From: Euryarchaeota archaeon UBA229
Lineage (GTDB): Archaea > Thermoplasmatota > Poseidoniia > Poseidoniales > Poseidoniaceae
Assembly (NCBI GenBank): GCA_002505355.1
Contig: DAUW01000076.1
Location: 50,551-96,379 of the forward strand
Direction: 5' to 3'
DNA: 45,829 nucleotides
The notes beneath the pieces were generated by a model that ran no database searches, was not told where the DNA came from, and saw only the letters and a list, made by a program, of their open reading frames with translations. The position numbers and the translations under genes are program-made. The first letter of the stretch is position 1; the number at the start of each line of letters is the position of its first letter. Shown here one piece after another: positions 9,719-19,429 of the stretch.

Positions 9719-9783
9719 AGCAATCACTTCGACTGTCAGTCGTATCCAATGCTGATAGCAGGTGTTTTTGAAACTAACCCAAA

Positions 9784-10668
9784 TTACTCAGATTCATTGT
9801 CGACTTGTTTTTGCAATTTTCTAAACGATATCAAAGCCGGTAATAAGCATACAAGCAGAATTAGAAAAGTGATTATGGCGAGGTCATAACCACCATCGTA
9901 TTCGAGTAATTCACTTATTATTTGCTGCCTTTCATTTAGATTTTTGTCACCAGTCGGGTTGGATGACAGTGATTGTAATTGCTGATAATCATCACCCTGC
10001 AGGACAAACACAAGCCGAGATGTGGCATTTGTTACCCACGAACTCAAGTTTTCCGTCCGTTGAGTATTGTTCAACGTTTTCATATCTACCGCTAAGTGAT
10101 TCAGGCTACGATTGTCAAATTCATGCTCTACCGATTCTAGTTTCCAAATAGTCAGATTGTATGGGGTCGACGTATTCCAAAATACAGTTCCGTTGGAGAA
10201 AGATAAATCATCGATGCCAGAATAGTTAATCGTTGAGGAAGCAAGGACCTGGTTTAATTCTTGACCTTGACCTGAGCCTGTTAACAATCCTGCACTGTTA
10301 ATCACTATTGATGGGATAAAAATTAGTCTGAATTGATCTTCGAACCTAAATTTGGAATAATTTAGATATGTTTGGTCAAAAATCGACGGGTGGTGTTGTA
10401 TTACGGCAATAGTTTCGTTGTCCATATTGTCAAGCATTAATTCCAATGGTTCACACGGTTCACACCAATCAGCGCCATAATATTCAACCAGGTGATTCGG
10501 CCTAAACACCTCGCATTTATCAAATTCTGAGCACGGTAAATCCACGACAAGTACATCAATTGTTGCGTCGTTGAAGACAGACTCCATCTGGTTTTGCTCA
10601 CTAACTTCGGCTGAGAAGGATGGCGCAAAAGTTATGCTCAGCATCAATAATACACCGACAAACTTCAA
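9784..10668 (-). CDS. Exported thioredoxin-fold protein with C-terminal membrane anchor
   Basis: Signal-peptide-like start from TTG 10668 ([20 protein letters not shown]), [12 protein letters not shown], cis-Pro-like FIPSIVIN, and a C-terminal hydrophobic helix. Confidence 0.75.
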   Translation of the reverse strand: MKFVGVLLMLSITFAPSFSAEVSEQNQMESVFNDATIDVLVVDLPCSEFDKCEVFRPNHLVEYYGADWCEPCEPLELMLDNMDNETIAVIQHHPSIFDQTYLNYSKFRFEDQFRLIFIPSIVINSAGLLTGSGQGQELNQVLASSTINYSGIDDLSFSNGTVFWNTSTPYNLTIWKLESVEHEFDNRSLNHLAVDMKTLNNTQRTENLSSWVTNATSRLVFVLQGDDYQQLQSLSSNPTGDKNLNERQQIISELLEYDGGYDLAIITFLILLVCLLPALISFRKLQKQVDNESE

Positions 10669-10741
10669 GATTTTTGGACAACTAATGTGCTGGGAATTGC
10701 CAAGGCATGTGTTCAAAAGGGGCACACTTCTCCTAATACCC

Positions 10742-11803
10742 ATGGAGGAGGCTTGGTGGCGACGCCCTTCAACATTACCTCTTTTCATATTATTATTTGC
10801 TATCCTAATCATCTCATTTGGCGGAGCAATTAGAATCCATGATGCTGGTGAATCTTGTCCTGATTGGCCAAAGTGCTTTGGGACCTACGGATTTGATATT
10901 TCAGAAGCAGAGCAAACTGCTTATTGGGAAGAAAATCCCGATGAGATTGATTCACGAGGCGCCGATCATCGATACACGGTTTTCGAGATATTTCTGGAGT
11001 GGTTTCATCGAGCTTTAGTTGGAGTCATTGCTTTACCAGTTTTACTCAACGTTGCAGTTGCCAAACGAAAAATAGATTTCTACGGCAAACAGAATTTTTA
11101 CTCCGCTATTTTCATTGCAGTACTACTAGTCATTCAAGCGATTGCTGGTGCAGTTACGGTGTTTTATGACAACGCTGATTGGTCGGTTGCTCTCCATCTG
11201 TCACTTGCGTCAATATTCACAGCCTCAATACTCTGGCAATACAAACTCACAAGAGTCAAAGAGGGTGCTCAGTGGCGTTTTCTCAAGGTGGCACCGGAGT
11301 TTAAGCGCCTTTATCGGAAAAAATTCGACTTAGTGGCAATTTCAGTTCTCGTGCTTCTTGTTTTGGGAGCATGGGTCTCATCGACAGCCGGCGGACAGTA
11401 CAACCAATCCTGCTCTGTAGGTTTTCCCGATGCATGGCCACAATGTAACGGACAATTCTTTCCAACTCTTGATAATTCTGGGATTCTTGTCCAAATGATT
11501 CACCGATTAGGAGCACTGCTAGTTGGTCTCGTGCTGATTTTGTCATTGCTCAGACTTAATGATGAGAAAGTAAACTATGAGAATTCCCAACCGTTCTACA
11601 ATGCATTGTTGCTGACGACAATACTTTGGTTTGCTAACCTGCTGATTGGCGCAGCATACCTAGTTCAAGCGAAAGTCGGGGAATTTCCCGAATGGATATC
11701 TCTATTACATCTGTTAGGTGGGGTATCAACATTCATAGTTGCGGCTAGTGGCCCGATGATGTTCAGACTCAGCACAAACAACGTAGAGGACAGCGAAGAG
11801 TGA
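10742..11803 (+). CDS. ctaA: Heme A synthase (COX15/CtaA)
   Basis: GESCPDWPKC, EWFHR, ALHL, second Cys pair (CSVGFPDAWPQC), QMIHR and LLHL motifs; about 8 TM helices; start trimmed to ATG 10742. Confidence 0.92.
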   Translation: MEEAWWRRPSTLPLFILLFAILIISFGGAIRIHDAGESCPDWPKCFGTYGFDISEAEQTAYWEENPDEIDSRGADHRYTVFEIFLEWFHRALVGVIALPVLLNVAVAKRKIDFYGKQNFYSAIFIAVLLVIQAIAGAVTVFYDNADWSVALHLSLASIFTASILWQYKLTRVKEGAQWRFLKVAPEFKRLYRKKFDLVAISVLVLLVLGAWVSSTAGGQYNQSCSVGFPDAWPQCNGQFFPTLDNSGILVQMIHRLGALLVGLVLILSLLRLNDEKVNYENSQPFYNALLLTTILWFANLLIGAAYLVQAKVGEFPEWISLLHLLGGVSTFIVAASGPMMFRLSTNNVEDSEE

Positions 11804-11807
11804 TTCT

Positions 11808-12818
11808 ATGGCAAACACAACAACGGACATCCATCACCCGGGATGGCCAAAAGTGTTTGTTAGACTTATGAAGTTAAGAGTAATTATGTTACTCCAAATA
11901 ACGGCAATATGTGCAATTCTGGTCCATGATTTGCTGGCAAGGCATGGTTTGATCGATGTTGATAGAAGCTGGACTGACACTTTCTATGCAGTGCTGATAA
12001 CCGTAGTTGGTGGAACACTCTCTGCAGGTGGTTCTAACGCTATCAACATGTGGTTTGATGCCGATATAGACCAGCACATGCGCCGTACACAAAATCGTCC
12101 AGTTCCACTGGGCCACATATCTGCGAACGGGGCGTTGGCTTTTGGACTAGTAATCGCACTTTTGGGCTCATCATTATTCCTTTTAGTTAGCTGGAAAGCA
12201 GCATTTTGGTCGTTTTTCTCGGTATTTTTTTACGTCATAATTTACACAATGTGGCTCAAGCGACGCACCCCGCAAAACATCGTTATCGGAGGTATTGCCG
12301 GTTCCACGCCACCCCTCATAGGATGGGCAGTTGCTGCTACCGATTACACCGGGGGAGTGAATCCATTAGACTTGGGCTCAGCCATACCATGGATGCTTTT
12401 TGCCCTAATCTTCCTGTGGACTCCACCGCATTTTTGGGCGCTGGCACTCTACAGGTCTGGTGAATATGCCAAGGCTGAAGTCCCTATGATGAATGAAGTC
12501 AAAGGCGCTGAGCATACAATTTTCCAATCCAAGATTTATTGTGTTCTGCTGTTAATGCTAGGATCTGTTCCTTGCTTCTGGCCAGAATCCGGCTTACCGC
12601 TGCTTTGGGCGTTTATTGCTGGCGGTCTCACACTATGGTATGCCGCTTCTGTTTGGGCCATCGACCCGGATGAACCGTTTGATGAAAATGGTCGAATGCC
12701 AAAAGCGGCCAAATCATTTTTTAGGTCACTGTACTACCTCGGCTGGATGTTTTTACTGTTAGTCTTTGTCAGTTTTGTCCCGCCGGAATCACTCGGTTAT
12801 TTCGGGCCTTTATCCTAA
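11808..12818 (+). CDS. ctaB: Protoheme IX farnesyltransferase (heme O synthase)
   Basis: NMWFDADID.HMRRTQNRP, YTMWLKRRTPQNIVIGG and FLWTPPHFWALA motifs. Confidence 0.95.
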   Translation: MANTTTDIHHPGWPKVFVRLMKLRVIMLLQITAICAILVHDLLARHGLIDVDRSWTDTFYAVLITVVGGTLSAGGSNAINMWFDADIDQHMRRTQNRPVPLGHISANGALAFGLVIALLGSSLFLLVSWKAAFWSFFSVFFYVIIYTMWLKRRTPQNIVIGGIAGSTPPLIGWAVAATDYTGGVNPLDLGSAIPWMLFALIFLWTPPHFWALALYRSGEYAKAEVPMMNEVKGAEHTIFQSKIYCVLLLMLGSVPCFWPESGLPLLWAFIAGGLTLWYAASVWAIDPDEPFDENGRMPKAAKSFFRSLYYLGWMFLLLVFVSFVPPESLGYFGPLS

Positions 12819-12879
12819 AACTGACACATTATATTTGACCGTCATATTCATGACTGCGACTAATTTCGCTCGATTTACT

Positions 12880-12966
12880 GCGGCAGTCGCATAGCCTGGC
12901 CATTGCGCCGGATTGCTAATCCGGTGGTGTCTCACCTCGGGAGTTCGAATCTCCCCTGCCGCGCCA
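12880..12966 (+). tRNA. tRNA-Ser (GCT), long variable arm, genomically encoded CCA
   Basis: Acceptor stem GCGGCAG/CTGCCGC, anticodon arm CCGGA-TTGCTAA-TCCGG, variable arm GGTG-TCT-CACC, T arm GGGAG-TTCGAAT-CTCCC, discriminator G and CCA. Confidence 0.97.
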
Positions 12967-15918
12967 TCATTCAAAGAAGTCGTCAAACTCATCAGCCATC
13001 GATTCAGCAGCTAACCGACGATTTCTCGCAGCAACAACTCTTCGCAGCCTCTTGAGGCGTTTTGCGATGAATGCCAGCATGATTATGCCGATGCACAAGG
13101 TTGAGAGTGTAACTATCCCAGCTGTCATGAATTCTTGCTGCTCAAGACTGTCACTGAAGTTTCCTAGCCATTCGCTCCCTAATGGTGGCTCAGGTTCAGG
13201 TTCAGGTTCGGGGATGACGTGCTGATTGTATGACCACCAGTCATATTCAATGTACACTTTTTCTACATTTGCTGATGGATAGATTACCACCGTGCGCTCA
13301 TTGCCATACTCATCTGTTGGCGTTAGAATGTAGTAAAATACCTTCATTGGCCTGATTCGATTATCTTCCATCCCAGTAACTGTATACTGGAAACTATCTC
13401 CTGCAGTGTAGGTCATGTCGCTTAAGATCGGCTGAATCAGGGATAAATCCATACCGTTGGGATTTTGTTCGACTCGATAAAGATCCCAGGTTTCGTTTGC
13501 TTCGCCTTGGGGCCAGGTCCAAGAGATTGTGACCTGATAACACATATTCCAATCTTTTAGGATGGCATAACAATCCGTATCATTGGTAAACAGTGAATTG
13601 CTTTGCATGTCTACAATAGATGTTGAGGGAGGGGTAGAATCACCACATATATATGCAGACGTACCGTTTTCCATAGAGACATTTGCCAAGTGGTTGAATG
13701 TATTACCCGTTCTATCTACTGGTATTATGGCGTATGATGAACAGTAACCGTCGGGAACTGTTAGCATATCCTGCCAGCTGGTCTCGTTCAAGGGAACAAA
13801 CTGTCTAAAGGAATCAGCAACTAAGTCATTCCACATCAATTGATTATAGTTTTCCTGAGGTGATTGGAATATGGTGCCACCAAAGTCGGGTACTACTCTT
13901 TGGTGAATGTTCCATCCTAGAATGTAATCACTCTCAACGTCGCCATAAGGGTCCCAATTAAGTTCAAAGTTTCCAGCCGAGATTAAATCCACCGTAAAAT
14001 TTCGAGCCTCTATGTCGGGCTCGCCAATTTCTCCGATTACTAGAATGGTAGTCGGTTCATACAAACGAGCAAACATAACTGTTTGATTTTTGTATCCATA
14101 GTGTTCACTGTTGAAATACTCCCAACTTTGGTCATCAAAGGAGTTCAATTTTCTAAACTCTACCGATGTGTAGGGGACTCCCTCAGGCAATGCGTGATAC
14201 AGGTTTAATTCGACATCAAGCCAATTCTGCCCGTCAAATATAGAATCATTATTTGTTGTATCAATAAGATCAAACTGATATAGCATCAACGGTATATTGC
14301 CTCCACCTATGTTGTAGTCCTGTCTGACCATTGGTAGCATTGATTCATGAGTAATCTCTACTGTGTTTGATGGTGAGGTTGCTGATGCCGTGTAGAAAGG
14401 GGCGTTGTTAATGCTAATCTCAGAATAAACCAAGATACTGAAATAAATAATTTCACTATTGCCAATAATATCAGTGGTAATTAGTTTGAAAGTGTGGCTA
14501 CCTAGGCCATAATCCGCCGTGTTAATATCAATCTGATGACCATAGTCTACGTTGATTATACCAGAGTACCACCATGAATAGTTTACCGGGCTCGCCGAGA
14601 AAGGGTTTACATTGGCCGTAACAGTAATTGTCTCTTCATCAGTGTACCATTCCTTCTCGTTCGATATGGTAATTGAGGATGCTAATTGTGCGACAATCAC
14701 GTTAGCATCTTCCTCGATTGTGTTGTCAAGGGTGTAAGAATCATAGTTGTTATCGATCAAGTTGGGCAGCACGGCTTGCATGGCGATGTCATTACCATGA
14801 ACAGGCATGTCGAACACGCAGGTACGCTGTTGGTTAGGTGCTAGCTCCGTAATCTCACAGGTTTGTAGTATTGGTTGTCCATTACTTTTTGAGATTGTCA
14901 GTTCTAAGTCAAAATCAACAGCAGTGGCATTCCCATTATTGCTGATGATTACTGAGACCATATCAAAACCGAATAGGTAACTCTGTTCAGACGGGTTGTG
15001 GCTTGGGAACATATTATTTATTGATAAGTCAAGTTCAGTGTCAATATATATGGTTATTTCATTCAGGTTATTGTCATCTTTTAAGTCATGATACGGTGCG
15101 CCAGTGGAATCAAATAGACCGTAAACTAATGTGTATACTCCATCTTGATTGTACTCAAACGTTGGTAACCCCATCTGGAACGATTTATAGAATGAAAATT
15201 TTGGGAAATTTTCGGTGAATTCGTAATTTTCGCTCAACATAGCAGATTTATTTTCGTTCCATAGTTGCCACCCAATAGAAGCGTTCAGTTGACAAGTTGC
15301 ACACAAGTTTGCAAAAGCTGAAAAAGTCATGTTATACTGTGTGTCTCTGGATAGTAAATCATTGCCAGCGTAGTTGGCTAGGTTAGGTAGACCTGACACA
15401 ATATCGTCATTGGTCTCAATCTTGAAATCGGTATACTCTAGGGTAGAATTTATTTTGAAATTTAAGATATCGTCAGTTGGATTCATATCCATCTCGTCAA
15501 ACTGATAAATTACGGTAATAGTCTCATTTATCCCATTTGGATAAAATCCGTTAGTTGAAGTGAAATTGTTGCTTGCGCCGGGATTAATTGGTGGAATGAG
15601 AAATGTACCATCATCGATTCTTTGCGAGATGCATACATTGGTAACTTGTTCTCCAAGACAAACATACCAAGACATTGTTCTTGGGTCTGATGCAGTAGAG
15701 TCTGAGTTGGTCAGTTCAACAGTAAAGTAGGTTGGCTCATAAGCAGGAATGTAGTCATATTCAGTTGGTGTCGAGCCTATTATTGACAGATTGCCTTGAG
15801 TAGATGCTTCTGCATTATCAACTACACTGATGCTTGCGAGTGTAGAAAAGAGCATCAGAAAAACAACGAAAACGCAGGAAAACCTTTGATTCCCCAATTG
15901 CTTTGACGCCACACTCAT
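12967..15918 (-). CDS. Large cell-surface protein (signal peptide, Ig/CARDB/FN3-like beta domains, PE linker, C-terminal TM anchor)
   Basis: N-terminal hydrophobic signal; N/T/D/Y-rich beta-type sequence with many N-x-S/T sequons; CARDB-like V.ISNNGN...F; PEPEPEPEPP linker, TM helix and basic tail. Confidence 0.75.
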   Translation of the reverse strand: MSVASKQLGNQRFSCVFVVFLMLFSTLASISVVDNAEASTQGNLSIIGSTPTEYDYIPAYEPTYFTVELTNSDSTASDPRTMSWYVCLGEQVTNVCISQRIDDGTFLIPPINPGASNNFTSTNGFYPNGINETITVIYQFDEMDMNPTDDILNFKINSTLEYTDFKIETNDDIVSGLPNLANYAGNDLLSRDTQYNMTFSAFANLCATCQLNASIGWQLWNENKSAMLSENYEFTENFPKFSFYKSFQMGLPTFEYNQDGVYTLVYGLFDSTGAPYHDLKDDNNLNEITIYIDTELDLSINNMFPSHNPSEQSYLFGFDMVSVIISNNGNATAVDFDLELTISKSNGQPILQTCEITELAPNQQRTCVFDMPVHGNDIAMQAVLPNLIDNNYDSYTLDNTIEEDANVIVAQLASSITISNEKEWYTDEETITVTANVNPFSASPVNYSWWYSGIINVDYGHQIDINTADYGLGSHTFKLITTDIIGNSEIIYFSILVYSEISINNAPFYTASATSPSNTVEITHESMLPMVRQDYNIGGGNIPLMLYQFDLIDTTNNDSIFDGQNWLDVELNLYHALPEGVPYTSVEFRKLNSFDDQSWEYFNSEHYGYKNQTVMFARLYEPTTILVIGEIGEPDIEARNFTVDLISAGNFELNWDPYGDVESDYILGWNIHQRVVPDFGGTIFQSPQENYNQLMWNDLVADSFRQFVPLNETSWQDMLTVPDGYCSSYAIIPVDRTGNTFNHLANVSMENGTSAYICGDSTPPSTSIVDMQSNSLFTNDTDCYAILKDWNMCYQVTISWTWPQGEANETWDLYRVEQNPNGMDLSLIQPILSDMTYTAGDSFQYTVTGMEDNRIRPMKVFYYILTPTDEYGNERTVVIYPSANVEKVYIEYDWWSYNQHVIPEPEPEPEPPLGSEWLGNFSDSLEQQEFMTAGIVTLSTLCIGIIMLAFIAKRLKRLRRVVAARNRRLAAESMADEFDDFFE
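13189..13212 (-). repeat. Hexanucleotide microrepeat encoding a Pro-Glu linker
   Basis: CTCAGG-TTCAGG-TTCAGG-TTCGGG on the + strand. Confidence 0.8.
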
Positions 15919-16040
15919 ATGGTTCGCTAACAATTGACATTCAAAGACTCATCGGCGAGAATTCACCATATCTGCTGAATTTTGCGATAATTACGTTGTT
16001 CCATCGGTAGACTCTTGAGTTGGCTGGTACTGGGATAATC

Positions 16041-17126
16041 ATGGACCCAGTTCATGTTTCTTTGAACAGAGATGAGAACGCCATGACCGCGGTAATCGAG
16101 TTTCTCTCCGCATTTACCCTTTTTCTCATGATCCTAACGGCCTTCTTATCACTAGCCCAGTTAGAGATGGGTTCGAACGATACCTCCGTTGATAGGCTTG
16201 ACCGAGCTGCGGCACAAGGACTGGACCGTATGACCTCTGACGGCGGTTGGTATGTGCCCGCATTTTCTGATGGCTCCCTTGATTATGCGAATTCAACTTC
16301 TGAATGGCATCTTCAACCGATTACAGAGGTAAATCAGGGAATTGTATTGGCTGGATTAATGGGCGCTAATAATCTAGATTTCGACCGTATTTCTGCGCTT
16401 GGTAACATCACTGAGGATAATTTGGCAAGAGGCCTTGGATTGGGCGAAAAATACAGCCTAAATCTTGAAATTAAAATAACAGAATCAAATATCCCCGAAC
16501 GCCATGGTTTGGTGTTGTTTACCGGTGGTACTGAGCGCGGTACAGCGCAGGCCTCCTCCTCATCGTTCAAAGAAATTCAAGTTGGTGCGGAAAAGTTCCT
16601 GATAATACTCGAAGTTCACAACGGCGGTAGGAAAGCAGATAATTTGCACATCACAGAGATTAGCCCACGCTCAGTATCCGGTGCACCAGAATGGATTGAG
16701 TTGTACAATCCAAACAACTTTGCCATCGACCTCAACGGTTGGAGTTTGTCGCATATTTCTCCGAACCACAACACTAACATTTTGTTGAGAGGAGGGGTAA
16801 TTTCGGGAAATTCTGTTAGTATAATTACTGGAGACCCAAGCAGTCAAGATACTGGTGATGCTGACCACATCATTGACTTAGGTAGCGAAGGTTTCCTTGG
16901 TGTTGGTGAGCTCAATTTACTGGATGATGGGGGTGGTGTAGTCATTCTTTCGTATACCCAATTAAGTGAATATCAACCATTTGAGGTAATGCGTGTGGCA
17001 TGGGGAGGGGATACCGGTTATTTCCTAACGCCCAGCCAGTCATTGGTAAATCTAGGCAACAATTTTCCTCCTACAGAGGATGATTGGGAAGTATCTAGTA
17101 ACCCAAGTCCCGGGATAATCAACTAG
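16041..17126 (+). CDS. Lamin-tail-domain protein with pilin-like (class III signal-like) N-terminus
   Basis: RDENA-MTAVIEF followed by a hydrophobic stretch; LTD signature ITEI.P......EWIELYNP....IDLNGWSL and terminal PSPG. Confidence 0.75.
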   Translation: MDPVHVSLNRDENAMTAVIEFLSAFTLFLMILTAFLSLAQLEMGSNDTSVDRLDRAAAQGLDRMTSDGGWYVPAFSDGSLDYANSTSEWHLQPITEVNQGIVLAGLMGANNLDFDRISALGNITEDNLARGLGLGEKYSLNLEIKITESNIPERHGLVLFTGGTERGTAQASSSSFKEIQVGAEKFLIILEVHNGGRKADNLHITEISPRSVSGAPEWIELYNPNNFAIDLNGWSLSHISPNHNTNILLRGGVISGNSVSIITGDPSSQDTGDADHIIDLGSEGFLGVGELNLLDDGGGVVILSYTQLSEYQPFEVMRVAWGGDTGYFLTPSQSLVNLGNNFPPTEDDWEVSSNPSPGIIN

Positions 17127-17199
17127 GCTTAAGTTGGTATTTATTTTTCTAGATAATCGGATGCTTCATGAACCTGTGAGTATTAGCACTCATGTTCCC

Positions 17200-17982
17200 A
17201 TGCAGCCTGCAGGTATGTATTCCCGTGATAGATGTGTGACAGGAGTTCACGGTCTAGACGAAATTTTGCGAGGTGGAATACCATATGGATCAACCGTACT
17301 TGCCGCCGGTACTTGCGGTTCAGGTAAAACAACACTGGGAATGGAATTTCTTGTCAGAGGTGCGAATGCGGGTGAGGCTTGTGCGCACTTTACAGCTACA
17401 GAACCATCAGTAAAATTGTTGGAGAACATCCGACAATTTGCTTTTTTTGATATGAAAATGGTCGACACTGGCTTGATAAATGTATTTGATATGGATGTCT
17501 TATACTCTTGGTTGGGGCTTGAAAAATCAACGTTTGACCTAGATGACGTCCACTCGCTGATAAAGTCGATTGTTGATATTGTCAACACAATCGGTGTGAC
17601 AAGATTAGTGATCGATTCGGTCACAACCTTGTGTTACAAGATTAAGTCAGAACAGTTGATTAGAGATTTTCTTTTCACCTTGGGTAAAAAACTAGCAACA
17701 TTAGGGTGTACAACAATTCTAATTGCGGAAATCACCTCAGCTACTGAAAATGCTCACTGGTCCTCATTTGGAGTAGAAGAGGCAATCTGTGATGGCATCA
17801 TTGTACTTGGCGACATTGAAAGAATGGGTCATTTGTTGCGATTTCTCCAAGTGGTAAAAATGCGCGGGACCTCTCATAGCAGAGCCAAACATGCAATTGA
17901 ATTGACGCCCCTAGGAGTCATGCTAACTCCCATGCTCAAATGGGGCGCAATAAGTGATAATGTCAATCGTTGGGGGTCTTGA
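17200..17982 (+). CDS. KaiC/RAD55-family RecA-fold ATPase (intact motifs)
   Basis: TGVHGLDEILRGGIP, Walker A GTCGSGKT, Walker B LVIDS, EEAICDG and VVKMRG motifs. Confidence 0.9.
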   Translation: MQPAGMYSRDRCVTGVHGLDEILRGGIPYGSTVLAAGTCGSGKTTLGMEFLVRGANAGEACAHFTATEPSVKLLENIRQFAFFDMKMVDTGLINVFDMDVLYSWLGLEKSTFDLDDVHSLIKSIVDIVNTIGVTRLVIDSVTTLCYKIKSEQLIRDFLFTLGKKLATLGCTTILIAEITSATENAHWSSFGVEEAICDGIIVLGDIERMGHLLRFLQVVKMRGTSHSRAKHAIELTPLGVMLTPMLKWGAISDNVNRWGS

Positions 17983-17983
17983 A

Positions 17984-18568
17984 GTGTTTGAATTAGACCA
18001 GGGAATTGCCGATCAATTAACCGAAGTATCCCTCAACAGCTCAGTGCAAGTAAGATGCGGCAACTCAAATTCGTTCATGGTAACGGCAAGCACCCTAATT
18101 CCGTTACTGCAGATGTTCGAGATGAAAGGTGTTTACATTTCCGCTAGCCGTGGCGCTGCAGAAGTAATTCAGGCATTTGAGTCGGTCGGCATTGACGTTT
18201 CTCAAATCCAGTTTATTGACTTAGTCTCTTCAGGTATTCTTGGTGGCACCAATATACCATACAACAATGTTCATTTTGTTGATAGTCCGATAATGCTAGA
18301 ATCGATACTACTTCGGACATTGTACATATTGCAAACTAATCAATCAGAAAGAAATTTCGTGTTTGTTGATAGCGTTAACGCACTGGCGATTTACAATGAC
18401 GACAGAATGCTTGCGGAGTACCTCCACACTTTCATCAATACATTCAGGCAACAAGATGTGCTATCGGTAATTCTCAATGTGCCTGACCAGACGCCGCCGT
18501 TAGTTCTGTCAAACCTAGATCTCTACTGTACTGATTTAGTCGACAGAGGTCAAGTTGTCATCCATTAA
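17984..18568 (+). CDS. Degenerate KaiC/RecA-fold protein without Walker A
   Basis: GVYIS, FIDLVS and FVFVDSVNAL strands typical of inactive KaiC-like domains; GTG start immediately after the upstream stop. Confidence 0.6.
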   Translation: MFELDQGIADQLTEVSLNSSVQVRCGNSNSFMVTASTLIPLLQMFEMKGVYISASRGAAEVIQAFESVGIDVSQIQFIDLVSSGILGGTNIPYNNVHFVDSPIMLESILLRTLYILQTNQSERNFVFVDSVNALAIYNDDRMLAEYLHTFINTFRQQDVLSVILNVPDQTPPLVLSNLDLYCTDLVDRGQVVIH

Positions 18569-18581
18569 AGGAGGTAGTCAG

Positions 18582-19385
18582 ATGGCGAAGGAGATTCAGT
18601 TTGAAGCAGAGGATGAGGAGTTCTTTGGTAAAGTTGGCTCATTCGGTGTACCCAAATTCGATAATGAAATGCGCGGTGGTGTGCCAAGAGGATTTACTAT
18701 GATTGCCTTTACCGATACCGGTTCAGGTAGCGAACTGTTCGCCAAGCAGTTTGTTTCACCAGCAGAAGAGGCTGAAAACACCATCTACATCTCAACCAAC
18801 GAGGGTCAAGCAGAGATTGTGCGAATTTTCCAGAAATACGATTGGCCGCTGGACATCAATGTTAGAACAATTGGTGAGGAGTATAACTCGAACGTATTGG
18901 AAAAAGAGTTGCTTGCTAGCAGATATAGGCTAGAAGGCTTCCGTCTTGAGGATATCCAAAGGCTTGCACAAACGCGATTCGTCGATGAAAATAATCAAGA
19001 TTACCTCACTGAAGTAACCAATGAAGTTATGGCTTTAGGGCCGTATTTTAGGGCCGTTGTTGACAGTTTGGATTTCTTCCTGCAAAGAGACGACCCAGCG
19101 CGGGTTGTGGCTATGGTTAGGATGCTGCAAGCTCACGCTCAAATGTACCGTGGTTTACTGTTTCTCACGGTATCCACAGACGGCCTCTCACCTAGCATCA
19201 AGCAAGAATTAGCGTCCATTGCTGACATGGTGTTGTCGTTTCAAGTGCGAACTATCGGAACAGATTTCGAAACCTCGATGATGGTATCAAAATTTAGAAA
19301 TGCGCCAGAAAATTTGAAGATATTAGTGTTTAGAGTGACCCCCGAAGAAGGTATTACCCCGGAAACCGTCGAACGTATTGCTTGA
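18582..19385 (+). CDS. KaiC/RAD55-family protein with degenerate Walker A
   Basis: FGVPKFDNEMRGGVP, TDTGSGSE (no Lys), AVVDS, IADMV and VSKFRN motifs; GGAGGT ribosome-binding site at 18570-18575. Confidence 0.85.
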   Translation: MAKEIQFEAEDEEFFGKVGSFGVPKFDNEMRGGVPRGFTMIAFTDTGSGSELFAKQFVSPAEEAENTIYISTNEGQAEIVRIFQKYDWPLDINVRTIGEEYNSNVLEKELLASRYRLEGFRLEDIQRLAQTRFVDENNQDYLTEVTNEVMALGPYFRAVVDSLDFFLQRDDPARVVAMVRMLQAHAQMYRGLLFLTVSTDGLSPSIKQELASIADMVLSFQVRTIGTDFETSMMVSKFRNAPENLKILVFRVTPEEGITPETVERIA

Positions 19386-19429
19386 AACTGAAACGATATG
19401 TCCAAAGAGGGCGGGCTTGACAGATAACC

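Noticed and set aside
10571..10812. Apparent head-to-head overlap of ctaA and the thioredoxin-like gene
   Set aside because: It disappears with the more plausible starts (ATG 10742 and TTG 10668).
12880..12966. tRNA-Ser as a possible integration site or island boundary
   Set aside because: No integrase, no duplicated tRNA 3' end and no evident compositional shift in the window.
17200..19385. Bona fide KaiABC circadian clock
   Set aside because: The proteins are single-domain and no kaiA or kaiB is present; only a KaiC-like signalling module is supportable.
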